NCBI GenBank assembly: GCA_050011565.1
Contig: JBEKIW010000003.1
Span: 160,001 to 224,000, forward strand
Origin: Dehalococcoidia bacterium
GTDB taxonomy: Bacteria; Chloroflexota; Dehalococcoidia; GIF9; UBA5629
Reading direction: 5' to 3'
Length of the DNA: 64,000 nt
Part shown: positions 42,336 through 51,435 of the stretch, piece after piece
How positions within the stretch are numbered: position 1 is the stretch's first letter
Layout: every line of letters begins with the position of its first letter
Notes under the pieces: model-generated
What the model saw: only the letters and a program-made list of their open reading frames with translations
What the model was told of the DNA's origin: nothing
Databases searched by the model: none
Translations under genes and position numbers: made by a program

Positions 42336-43376
42336 CTAAGACTTTGCCCCGGCGGACGAACCGGCGATATGCCGGCCGACAGCCTTGGCTACATGTTCCA
42401 GTTGGGACATCAGTTGCTGAAAATTAGTAAAGGTCAGCGACTGCGCGCCGTCTTTAAGTGCCAGGTCCGGATGAGGATGGACCTCGACCATTATGCCATC
42501 AGCCCCAGCAGCTACCGCGGCCAGAGCCATCGGAATCACCAAATACCACTTGCCGGTGCCGTGACTGGGGTCGGCGATAATCGGCAAATGACTTACTTTT
42601 TCGATTATCGGGATAACGCTTATGTCCATGGTGTTGCGGGTATAAGTTTCAAATGTTCTGATGCCCCGCTCGCAAAGTATAAGCTGCCCATTGCCTTGGG
42701 CCAGGATATATTCAGCAGCCAGCAGCCACTCCTGGACGGTGGCTGATAGCCCACGCTTTAACATCACGGGCTTACCGGTTTTGGCGACTTCTTCAAGAAG
42801 ACTGAAATTTTGCATATTGCGAGCCCCAATCTGGAGAATATCAGCGTATGCGGCAACAAGTTCTACGTCGCCGGTAGACATAACCTCGGTTATGACCGGC
42901 AGTCCAACGTCTTTCTTAACCCTGGCTAAAAGCTCTAACCCGGGCTCACCCAGGCCGCGGAATTGATAAGGCGAGGTGCTTGGCTTAAAGGCGCCGCCGC
43001 GTAGAATGTTCGCCCCGGCCGCTTTCACCGCGTTAGCTGTTTCGAAAATCTGCTGCTCGCTTTCCACAGCGCAAGGTCCCGCCATAACCACAATCTCTTT
43101 ACCACCGATGGTAATATCGCCAACCTTAACCGTAGTGTCCAACGGATGAAACTCACGGCTGCTGAGCTTATACGGTTTACTTACCCGAATAACTTCATCA
43201 ACGCCGTGAAGCATTTCCAGCATGTCTTGAAGTTCAGGGAAAATTTGGCCCACCACACCGATAATAGTCCGTTCCACGCCTTGGGAAACATGCGTCTTCA
43301 AGCCGGCGGACTCAATACGCTTAATTACTCCTTCGATTTCCTTATCGCTTGAGCCAACTTTCATAACTACTATCAT
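42336..43376 (-). CDS. aroF: DAHP synthase type I-beta
   Basis: AGPCAVES, RGGAFKP, QIGARNMQNF, CERGIRTFE, DPSHGTG. Confidence 0.95.
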   Translation of the reverse strand: MIVVMKVGSSDKEIEGVIKRIESAGLKTHVSQGVERTIIGVVGQIFPELQDMLEMLHGVDEVIRVSKPYKLSSREFHPLDTTVKVGDITIGGKEIVVMAGPCAVESEQQIFETANAVKAAGANILRGGAFKPSTSPYQFRGLGEPGLELLARVKKDVGLPVITEVMSTGDVELVAAYADILQIGARNMQNFSLLEEVAKTGKPVMLKRGLSATVQEWLLAAEYILAQGNGQLILCERGIRTFETYTRNTMDISVIPIIEKVSHLPIIADPSHGTGKWYLVIPMALAAVAAGADGIMVEVHPHPDLALKDGAQSLTFTNFQQLMSQLEHVAKAVGRHIAGSSAGAKS

Positions 43377-43774
43377 TTTTTACCATCATCCTGCCAGATT
43401 CTTTCACCCTCGTCTCTAAGTGTCACGGCGCCGCCCAGATAGACGTGTACCATCTCCTCATTTCTCTTATCGGTGTTGAACAACACCAGTACTCTCAAAC
43501 AGCTCGGCAAACTCCCCGGCACATTCATTTCATGCCCGCACAACAACGGTACCTGCGTCCAACCCAGTTCCCTGGCAGCTGCCGCTGGAAACGCCGCATT
43601 GAGGTCGGATGTCGTAGTAAACAAAATACAGGCTATATCGCTGATTTTCACCTCATTGACTTTTATCATCTTCTGCAGCAACTCTTTGGTCGCAGCTCCT
43701 ATAGCCTCTTTCTTATTTTCCGGCACAGTAATAGCGCCTCTTATGCCACGGCACCACAATTTAGTTATCTCCAC
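43373..43774 (-). CDS. aroH: Chorismate mutase, AroH class
   Basis: RGIRGAIT, DLNAAFPA, HVYLGGA..LR. Confidence 0.93.
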   Translation of the reverse strand: MEITKLWCRGIRGAITVPENKKEAIGAATKELLQKMIKVNEVKISDIACILFTTTSDLNAAFPAAAARELGWTQVPLLCGHEMNVPGSLPSCLRVLVLFNTDKRNEEMVHVYLGGAVTLRDEGERIWQDDGKK

Positions 43775-43904
43775 CTATCTTTAGTAGGCTAATAGCCTAC
43801 TGCATTCCACCCTTCATCGTCAAGAGTTTCTTGCCTTAAGACCCAAAAGCGACTAAACTAATACGGTAAATTAATCGTTATGTTTTCAATAACGGAGGCC
43901 CATT

Positions 43905-44483
43905 GTGGATAATAGCCAGAAAATAGCTACTGCAATCAGCATATTCCTTGCCATCATCATACTGTGCGGCGGCTCGCTATTTCTCGGCTATATGCGTGGT
44001 TATCAGAAAGGCCATGCAGGCAGTTACACTCAAGCATATAGCCAGGGCAAGGATGAAGGTTATCAGGCTGGTTATCAATCCGGCTACCAGGCAGGATATA
44101 AACCCGGCACGGAACAGAAGACATCAGACGGATACATTCTTCAAAATCCCACGTACAAGGAAATGAAGACATTTCTAGCGCAAGACTCCACAAATGCCAA
44201 CAACTATGTGGAAGATCAATATGTCTGCGTAGACTTTGCGGCTGCAGTTAAGAATAACGCTGAGGCTAAAGGCATCCACTGCGCCGTCGTCGATATCTTC
44301 TACCCTGATGGCTACGGCCACACCATAGTAGCCTTCGACACTACTGACCGAGGTTTAATATACATTGAACCGCAGTTTGACCAGGAGGTAAAATTGGTTG
44401 TCGGTAGGAGTTACTCACAGCTTAATAACTTCACGGCCGCGCCCCGTGACGATACTATCAAACGATACCTGGTCGTCTGGTAG
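43905..44483 (+). CDS. Membrane-anchored protein with GYxxG repeats and a putative Cys-His-Glu transglutaminase/protease-like domain
   Basis: N-terminal TM, GYQAG repeats, YVCVDFA...GHTIVAF...YIEPQ. Confidence 0.65.
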   Translation: MDNSQKIATAISIFLAIIILCGGSLFLGYMRGYQKGHAGSYTQAYSQGKDEGYQAGYQSGYQAGYKPGTEQKTSDGYILQNPTYKEMKTFLAQDSTNANNYVEDQYVCVDFAAAVKNNAEAKGIHCAVVDIFYPDGYGHTIVAFDTTDRGLIYIEPQFDQEVKLVVGRSYSQLNNFTAAPRDDTIKRYLVVW

Positions 44484-44608
44484 GCTCCATTTCATTTTGA
44501 CCCGAGAAACCGGCCCCACTTCGTAACATACCTGTTTTTATAGTCGAAACCCCCTTTTAAGCATTTTCAGTCTGTGGTAAAATAACCCAAAATACAGGGA
44601 GGTGGAAA

Positions 44609-45250
44609 ATGAAAGTTCGAGATGTCATGACCTGGAATGTGGTCACTGTGACCAGCGATATGCCTATAATGGAAGCCAGGAAAATCATGGACGCGCATGG
44701 TATTCGCCGTTTGCCAGTGGTTGACAGAGGAAAACTGGTCGGCATGGTAAGCAAAGAGCGCATCACCCGTACGGCTCCCTCACCGGCTACCAGCCTGAGT
44801 GTCTGGGAAATTAACTATCTCCTGGCAAAAATGACGGTCAAGGAAGTAATGTCCAAAGACCCGGTCACAGTCGACCCCGAAATGTCGGTAGAGGCTGCTA
44901 TTGCCCTGGCTCAGAAGAAAGGCGTCGGCGCGCTGCCCGTGGTGGAAAATAATAAGTTGGTAGGCATAGCCACAACCAACGATTTCTTCTACAAAATACT
45001 AAATCCGGTATTAGGAATCGGCAAGTCGGGCACGCGCATCGTTATCTCCAAGGGTGGCGATATCAAAGGCTTGCAAGAGATTTTGGATGCTGTCAAGAAG
45101 GCAGGCGCCAAAATAGTTTCATTCCACAACATGCCGCCGGTCGAAGGCAAGGAACAGGACGTGTGCCTACATCTTGATAAAGAAGATGTTAAGCAGCTTG
45201 TCAAAGACCTGGCAAACAAAGGTTACGCAACTGAGATAGTAGAACGGTAA
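44609..45250 (+). CDS. CBS-pair + ACT-like protein (AcuB-like)
   Basis: VRDVMT, IRRLPVV, ATSLSVWEINYLL. Confidence 0.85.
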   Translation: MKVRDVMTWNVVTVTSDMPIMEARKIMDAHGIRRLPVVDRGKLVGMVSKERITRTAPSPATSLSVWEINYLLAKMTVKEVMSKDPVTVDPEMSVEAAIALAQKKGVGALPVVENNKLVGIATTNDFFYKILNPVLGIGKSGTRIVISKGGDIKGLQEILDAVKKAGAKIVSFHNMPPVEGKEQDVCLHLDKEDVKQLVKDLANKGYATEIVER

Positions 45251-45292
45251 AGCTATATAGTTCTGTTCTAAAAATATGAACATCTCAACGAT

Positions 45293-45326
45293 ATCAAGCT
45301 GCCTGGTTGAATTTAGGCAGCTTGAT
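45293..45326 (+). terminator. Hairpin downstream of the CBS gene
   Basis: ATCAAGCTGCCT / AGGCAGCTTGAT 12-bp stem; weak U tract. Confidence 0.5.
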
Positions 45327-45358
45327 GTCATTTATTCAGTGCCCAAGAGGAGCACGTA

Positions 45359-46081
45359 ATGCTGCTAGCCGATATCGCTCTTATTGTAGGTGCTTACCTG
45401 TTGGGCTCGCTGCCTTATATGATTCTTCTCGGTCGTGCTCGTGGTATTGAACTGTCGCACGAAGAGGACCTGCACATGGCACTATGGAGTAAAGCAGGCC
45501 GCCTCTATGGTTTATCTGGTATAGTCGTTGATGCACTTAAAGGGGCTGTTCCCATAATCGTCGGCTTTTCCCTTCATCTTCACCTGGCTGCGATTGCTGC
45601 CTCGGGAGTGGCTGCCGTTGTCGGGCAGATGTGGCCAGTGTTTCGAAAATTCGACGGTGAAAAAGGTAACACCACGGGTATCGGTTTTGTTATCGCTCTC
45701 ACCTCGTATCTGACAGCGACCATTTCTCCACTTGCCTACGTAGTCTTCATTATCTTCGCCATCCTTATACTTATAGGTGCCGGTATCAGGACACTTCCAC
45801 GATTTATTGCACCGGGTCAAACAATGAACGAACGCCTGATGCTTGGCGGCCCAATTAGCAACAGCATGCCGCTGGGTATGCTTACCGCCTTTGCCGTGGC
45901 ACCATTAGCCTCCGTGTGCCTGAGACAACCAGCGGAGATGACCTGGTCTTTCCTGGCAGTCTTCGTCGTAATAATAATACGTCGTCTCACCGCGGGACTG
46001 AGCAAAGACCTCAAAACACCTACTATCAGCGTAGGCACTATATTACTAAACCGCTTTCTCTATGACCGCAGCTACTTCTAA
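45359..46081 (+). CDS. PlsY-like membrane protein (divergent)
   Basis: AYLLGSLP, DALKG, GQMWPVF..FDGEKG. Confidence 0.7.
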   Translation: MLLADIALIVGAYLLGSLPYMILLGRARGIELSHEEDLHMALWSKAGRLYGLSGIVVDALKGAVPIIVGFSLHLHLAAIAASGVAAVVGQMWPVFRKFDGEKGNTTGIGFVIALTSYLTATISPLAYVVFIIFAILILIGAGIRTLPRFIAPGQTMNERLMLGGPISNSMPLGMLTAFAVAPLASVCLRQPAEMTWSFLAVFVVIIIRRLTAGLSKDLKTPTISVGTILLNRFLYDRSYF

Positions 46082-46216
46082 GCTTAGCCTTAGTATATGT
46101 CAAATCAACATCTAAAAAATGAGACAATGTATGTCATTGCGAGGCACGAAGTGCCGTGGCAATCTCGGTGGTGAGGCGGTAAAGGTGAGATTGTTTCGCT
46201 TGAAACGACGGAATAT

Positions 46217-47620
46217 TTATCTATCCAGCCGCTTCAGTATCTCCCGGGCAACCACCACGCCGCAAGCCGAGGCCTGTATTAGTCCGCGGCTGACACCGGC
46301 ACCATCGCCGGCAGCAAACATATTGCCGATTTCCGTTTCCAGGCACGGGCTTAGCTCCAGCTGGCAGGAATAGAACTTGACCTCGGCACCATAAAGCAGG
46401 GTATGCCGGGATGCCACCCCGGGCGCCAGCTTATCCATTGCTTGAAGCATCTCAACTATTCCCTTAAGATGACGAAACGGCAGAGCAAAGCTCAGGTCTC
46501 CCGGTGTTGCCGCTTTAAGAGTAGGCTCAACGATACTGTGCTGAATACGCTCCGGCGTTGAGCGGTGCCCCTCCATCAGGTCGCCGAAGCGCTGCACCAG
46601 CACGCCCCCGCTGAGAATATTCGCCAGTCGCGCCAGATATTTCCCGTAAGCAATAGGCTCATGAAACGGCTCGGTAAACATGGTGCTCACCAGTATGGCA
46701 AAATTTGTATTTCCGGTCTTGCGTTCGGCGTAACTATTGCCGTTTACTGTAATCACCGAATCAGCACCGCCGGTAGCCTCCATAATCACCTCACCGCCAG
46801 GGCACATACAAAACGTCCTTATCCGGTCATTAAAACTTCTGGAGAAAAATTCAAGCTTGGCTTCATATAGCACCGAGGTCAACTCGTCAAGCACCGGCGC
46901 CGGCACTTCTACTCGGACGCCGACATCTATAGGATTGGACTTCATGCTCAGCTTAAGCCGGCTGGCTTCATTTGTCAGCCACTCAGCACCTTCTCTTCCC
47001 GGCGCCAGGACAAGATACCGGCACCCCAACCGCTCACCGCGATTCGTCTCCACCCCGGCCACCACTCCGTTATCAACTATTATGCTCTCCGCCACCTCAC
47101 CCAACCTCAGTTCAACCCGACCGAAAATGAAATCTCGCATGGCTTTGAGCACCTGACGGGACCGTTCCGTCCCTATATGACGCAGCTTCACCGGAATTAA
47201 CTTCAATTCCGCCAGAATAGCCCTTCGTCTAAATTCATCTACCTCCTCGCCGACACCGTAAATCTTATCGGTAGCTCCAAACTTCAGGTAAAGGCTGTCG
47301 ACATAGTCGATAAGCTCCTGCACCTGGCTGTTACCCAGTAATTCGCCCAAACGCCCGCCTACTGCCGGTGACAAAGTCAGCTTACCATCGCTGAAGGCTC
47401 CGGCACCGCCGAGCCCGCTAACCATGTGACACGGTGTGCAAGATGAGCAGTTCTGGCCTTTTTCTTGAAGCGGACACCTGCGGTCATCGATATCTTTGCC
47501 CTTTTCTAGAATAAGTATGTTAACGCCAGCTGATTGGCACAACTCAAGCGCGGCAAAGATACCTGCCGGCCCGCCGCCAACGATAATGACATCGTACTTT
47601 TGAGGGTTTTGCGAAATCAT
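46217..47620 (-). CDS. FAD-dependent oxidoreductase (uncharacterised dehydrogenase family)
   Basis: VGGGPAG, GLGGAGAFSDGK, RTFCMCPGG, AGDGAG. Confidence 0.85.
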   Translation of the reverse strand: MISQNPQKYDVIIVGGGPAGIFAALELCQSAGVNILILEKGKDIDDRRCPLQEKGQNCSSCTPCHMVSGLGGAGAFSDGKLTLSPAVGGRLGELLGNSQVQELIDYVDSLYLKFGATDKIYGVGEEVDEFRRRAILAELKLIPVKLRHIGTERSRQVLKAMRDFIFGRVELRLGEVAESIIVDNGVVAGVETNRGERLGCRYLVLAPGREGAEWLTNEASRLKLSMKSNPIDVGVRVEVPAPVLDELTSVLYEAKLEFFSRSFNDRIRTFCMCPGGEVIMEATGGADSVITVNGNSYAERKTGNTNFAILVSTMFTEPFHEPIAYGKYLARLANILSGGVLVQRFGDLMEGHRSTPERIQHSIVEPTLKAATPGDLSFALPFRHLKGIVEMLQAMDKLAPGVASRHTLLYGAEVKFYSCQLELSPCLETEIGNMFAAGDGAGVSRGLIQASACGVVVAREILKRLDR

Positions 47621-47638
47621 GGCTTTTGCCGTCCTGCC

Positions 47639-48622
47639 CTAACCGCGGGGCCGCCTTTCAGCCAGCTGCCGCGACCATGTAGCCAGCAAAGTCCGCGGCC
47701 GCAGTATTTCATCAGCCGCTGAATAAGGGTCGACTTCGCCGGCTTCTACCATCGCCATATGCCGGCTCAACTCCTCATCGCCTTCCACCATCTTCAACAG
47801 TTCATCAGAAACTCTGCGTTCCACGATTTCCAGAAATTCACGGCGGCGCTGTTCCTGCCTGCGCTGCGGTAAGCGTCCCGTCTCTTCCAGGGCTCGGCGA
47901 TGATTTTTTATCTGGCAGTAAAGTTCATCAATGCCGATATTATTTACGGCTTCGGTGGCTATCACCGGCACCTGCCACCAGGTCTCCTCGGGACGAAGCT
48001 GCACCATCATCCTGAGTTCAGCCACCAGATTATCGGCCCCCGGCCGGTCAGCCTTATTTACCACAAAAATATCAGCAATCTCAAACAAACCCGCCTTCAT
48101 TGTCTGAATTGTATCGCCCGCCTCCGGGACCAATGCCACCACCACTGTATCTGCATTCTCCATAATGTCCAATTCAGTCTGTCCCACACCCACCGTCTCC
48201 ACCAGGATGAAATCTTTTCCGAACGCATCCAGCAATTTAATCACGCCACCGGTGCCATGTGGTAGGCCGCCATGGCTGCCGCGGGTGGCCATACTTCGAA
48301 TAAATACGCCTTCATCCAGGTAATGCTGCTGCATTCTTATCCTGTCCCCGAGCACGGCACCACCCGTAAACGGACTGGTGGGGTCAGCGGCAACTATACC
48401 CACGCTTAAATTATCGGACCGCATCTGTGCTGTCAACCGGTCAACGATGGTGCTCTTTCCCGACCCGGGAGGTCCGGTTACGCCCACGCAATAGGCTTTA
48501 CCCAGGTGAGGGCATATCTGCTTCATTATCTGCGGTACATCAGCGCCGTCTTTTTCCACCCTCGTAATCAGCCGTGCTAAAGACAGCACATTTCCAGCAA
48601 GCATTTCTTCAACCAGCTTCAT
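47639..48622 (-). CDS. meaB: Methylmalonyl-CoA mutase-associated GTPase (MeaB/ArgK)
   Basis: GPPGSGKST, DPTSPFTGGAVLGDRIRM, ETVGVGQ, NKAD. Confidence 0.93.
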   Translation of the reverse strand: MKLVEEMLAGNVLSLARLITRVEKDGADVPQIMKQICPHLGKAYCVGVTGPPGSGKSTIVDRLTAQMRSDNLSVGIVAADPTSPFTGGAVLGDRIRMQQHYLDEGVFIRSMATRGSHGGLPHGTGGVIKLLDAFGKDFILVETVGVGQTELDIMENADTVVVALVPEAGDTIQTMKAGLFEIADIFVVNKADRPGADNLVAELRMMVQLRPEETWWQVPVIATEAVNNIGIDELYCQIKNHRRALEETGRLPQRRQEQRRREFLEIVERRVSDELLKMVEGDEELSRHMAMVEAGEVDPYSAADEILRPRTLLATWSRQLAERRPRG

Positions 48623-48794
48623 TGCCAAAACTTTTTTCTGTCTCTTTGATTCAGCGGCCGCCACATTCAACATTCTATAAATTAACCCCTACTACGTCAA
48701 GAAGGTGAAAGAGGCTCAAACCGCTACAAACCGCATTGACAACTACATATAGTCCTGCTACACTGAAAATAAGTTTATTCGGAGAAGGTGACTA

Positions 48795-49493
48795 ATGCCA
48801 AAAGAACGCCCAAAAATAAAAGTGTTAATAGCCGACCAGCAACCCCTGTTCCGGCAGGGCGTGCGCGCCTCTCTAAATCAAATAGCTGATGTAGAAATCT
48901 GCGGTGAAGTTACTTCCGGCAACGACCTTATTTCAGCCATAAGCACTTTGTACCCTGATGTCGTTCTCCTCGATATCGAGCTGTCCCATACCGACGATAT
49001 GGATTTAGCCAAAGCCGTCAAGCAGCTATTACCCAGCGCCGCCGTAATACTCCTTTCACCGCAACCCAACGATGATGAGCTCTTCCAGGCAATTAAATCC
49101 CGGGTAGCAGGCTATGTCAGGCGCGATGTCTCCTCGAATGAACTGCTGACGCTAATCCGCAGGGCTGCTGCCGGCGAACACCCTATTAACGATACTTTTT
49201 TGTCGCAGCCTAAGGTAGCCCACCAGGTATTGGAACAATTTCAAAACTTCTCCTGGGGAAAAGGCGCCGAGTCCTTTGTTTCACCTCTGACCCCCAGGGA
49301 AACTGAAATACTCACCTACATGGCCCAGGGTTTCTTCAACAAGCAAATCGCCATCGAACTCAGTATCAGCGAACAGACCATTAAAAACCACATAACCTCC
49401 ATCCTGCGCAAACTGGATGCCAATGCCCGCACCCAGGCGGTAATCACCGCACTGAAACGAGGCTTCATCACCCTGGACAAAGATGTTAAGTAG
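48795..49493 (+). CDS. NarL/LuxR-family response regulator
   Basis: Receiver domain plus LTPRETEIL...NKQIA.EL.ISEQTIKNH. Confidence 0.93.
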   Translation: MPKERPKIKVLIADQQPLFRQGVRASLNQIADVEICGEVTSGNDLISAISTLYPDVVLLDIELSHTDDMDLAKAVKQLLPSAAVILLSPQPNDDELFQAIKSRVAGYVRRDVSSNELLTLIRRAAAGEHPINDTFLSQPKVAHQVLEQFQNFSWGKGAESFVSPLTPRETEILTYMAQGFFNKQIAIELSISEQTIKNHITSILRKLDANARTQAVITALKRGFITLDKDVK

Positions 49494-49593
49494 CCACTGT
49501 AGGCGAATGCCGCGTGGAACAATATTATCGCATCACACCATCCACAAATATATGATGTTATGCTTCCATCTGCAACCCCCGTCGAGAAACAGC

Positions 49594-50793
49594 TCAGGTG
49601 GCTCCGAGGATGAGTTTGTGCTGGTAGCGGGCTTGCTTGGGGCTATACTCGAACCGAATCCCGACCACTCTGAACTTGACGGCTGACTGGTTGGCTCCGG
49701 AATCCGATATTTGCACCACATCGAAAAGCTCCTGGCCACAGTTCGGCGGTATGAGTATGACCCCCCTCTTTCCCATAAGCCTTATTTTGGAGAGGACGGC
49801 TGAGGCTACATCTGCTGCCTGAGCGGTGGTGGGGATGGCAGGGTCTGGCTGGAAGTCCAACCTCTCTCCCACCAGTCCTATCTCGGTTGAGTCCTGGGCT
49901 TCTCCCCATACCGGGTTGCCATACCGGTCTCTGCCTATAACGAACATTCTGTTCTTTTCTGGCGTCTCGGTGGCATAATTTCCGTCAAGTATGACATGCC
50001 AGACATACTTGAGGAGGGTAGGTGTGCCGATGGCTACCGGCTGGATGGTGCTCTGCGGTTTGATTAAGCCAAGGATGCCGACCCACGGCATGCCAACAGA
50101 TATAGACTGAATGATGCTTGATGGAGATATGGTCTGGCGGTAACGAAGTGATGGCGTACCAATGGCTACGACCTGGAGAATGCTTGACGGCTGGATGATA
50201 AGAGCTGAGGTCAGGACCGTGGGCGTGCCGTAGACCAACGCCTGCAGTATGCTTGATGGCTTAATGGAGAGGTTTAGCTTGGGCGAGCCATAGCTTACGA
50301 GCTGGCTGATGCTTGACGGGGTGAGGACAAGGATGCCATAGGCTGAGTAGGATATGTATATGCCAGAGTAATCGGTCCAAGACATATCACCGCCGTTTTC
50401 AGGCAGGCCTTCAGCAAAGGTTTTTGTGTAGCTGAATTTGTATGATCTTCCCACCTCATTGTCGTATTTTACTGTGTTAGCAGCACTTTGTAGTACAACT
50501 AACCAATAAAGAGTGTTATTGGTTACCTCGCATTCTGCAGAAAGGTCGATGTCATTCCATTGCCCGCCGATGACGGGTGTGCTGGCATTCTGAACTCCGA
50601 TGCGTGTCCCAGGAAGACCGGCTGCGTCGGTATAAATGCCGACTTTTGCATTGGTGTTGGCGGCCGCATAAAAGCGAATCTTCTGGACTTTACCTGTCCC
50701 GGTGGCAGCCCAGCGGGTGGCAGCGGTGTGATTAACACCGCCGCCGGTCAATGTCCCAACGGAGTCAGTTCCAACTAGTTTACCTGTCGCCAT
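49594..50793 (-). CDS. Phage tail-like protein: N-terminal beta domain, five PSSI-Q repeats, C-terminal hub-like segment
   Basis: Repeats of the form IxPSSIxQxxxxGxP; C-terminal PPNCGQELFDVV. Confidence 0.55.
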   Translation of the reverse strand: MATGKLVGTDSVGTLTGGGVNHTAATRWAATGTGKVQKIRFYAAANTNAKVGIYTDAAGLPGTRIGVQNASTPVIGGQWNDIDLSAECEVTNNTLYWLVVLQSAANTVKYDNEVGRSYKFSYTKTFAEGLPENGGDMSWTDYSGIYISYSAYGILVLTPSSISQLVSYGSPKLNLSIKPSSILQALVYGTPTVLTSALIIQPSSILQVVAIGTPSLRYRQTISPSSIIQSISVGMPWVGILGLIKPQSTIQPVAIGTPTLLKYVWHVILDGNYATETPEKNRMFVIGRDRYGNPVWGEAQDSTEIGLVGERLDFQPDPAIPTTAQAADVASAVLSKIRLMGKRGVILIPPNCGQELFDVVQISDSGANQSAVKFRVVGIRFEYSPKQARYQHKLILGAT

Positions 50794-50825
50794 GTTTCAC
50801 CATTGATTACAGCGATTCACCGGGG

Positions 50826-51236
50826 CTAAGAGAGGCGGAAGATTTTGTCGGCACCGCTGGGCCACTGGATGGTGATGTCCGAGCCGTTGGGCGTGCAGGG
50901 CAGGCCGGTAGCCGTGTCAATGAGCAATATTAGCCGACTGGTACCCTCTACCCCGGTGTGCTTGTAGAGCGCCAGATATTCGAACTGGTCTCCTGAGACG
51001 CTAGCTACTACGATATCATCGGCATCGAAGACGCCGTCGGTGACGGTCTTGCTCTGCAGCGCGCCGGTGACGGCTACCCTGGCTGCTGAGGGGATATCGT
51101 CGAGGTTATCGTGAGTTGACAGGTTGGGGGTGTAGTCAGCGCCGTCCACCAGCACGACTCTGATATCGTCCGTGTCCAGGTCGATGCTGCCGTCTATGAG
51201 ACCCTGCTTGGCTTTGGTATAGAGTGCGTTGGCCAT
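50826..51236 (-). CDS. Phage minor tail-like protein
   Basis: MANALY...FDADD...IDTATGLP.TPNGSDITIQW resembles an actinophage-type minor tail family; AAGGAGG RBS. Confidence 0.65.
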   Translation of the reverse strand: MANALYTKAKQGLIDGSIDLDTDDIRVVLVDGADYTPNLSTHDNLDDIPSAARVAVTGALQSKTVTDGVFDADDIVVASVSGDQFEYLALYKHTGVEGTSRLILLIDTATGLPCTPNGSDITIQWPSGADKIFRLS

Positions 51237-51297
51237 GATTGTCCTTTAAACCTCCTTCCTTTTTTTAGTAATACATTTTGTAATGTAGTTTATTGAC

Positions 51298-51433
51298 CTC
51301 ACCCCCTTTGTCCCCCTCTCCTACCCCATATCCCAGTGGGAATAAATCCTCACTGGATGCCTACCCACCCTGCCTCCCGAGGAGAGGGGGAATGATTTTT
51401 TATTAAGAGGGGCTGTGCCCCTCTTAAACTCCC
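51298..51433. repeat. Palindromic intergenic repeat (CCCCCTCTCC/GGAGAGGGGG; AAGAGGGG/CCCCTCTT)
   Basis: Nested inverted repeats; related element at 57106-57143. Confidence 0.55.
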
Positions 51434-51435
51434 CT

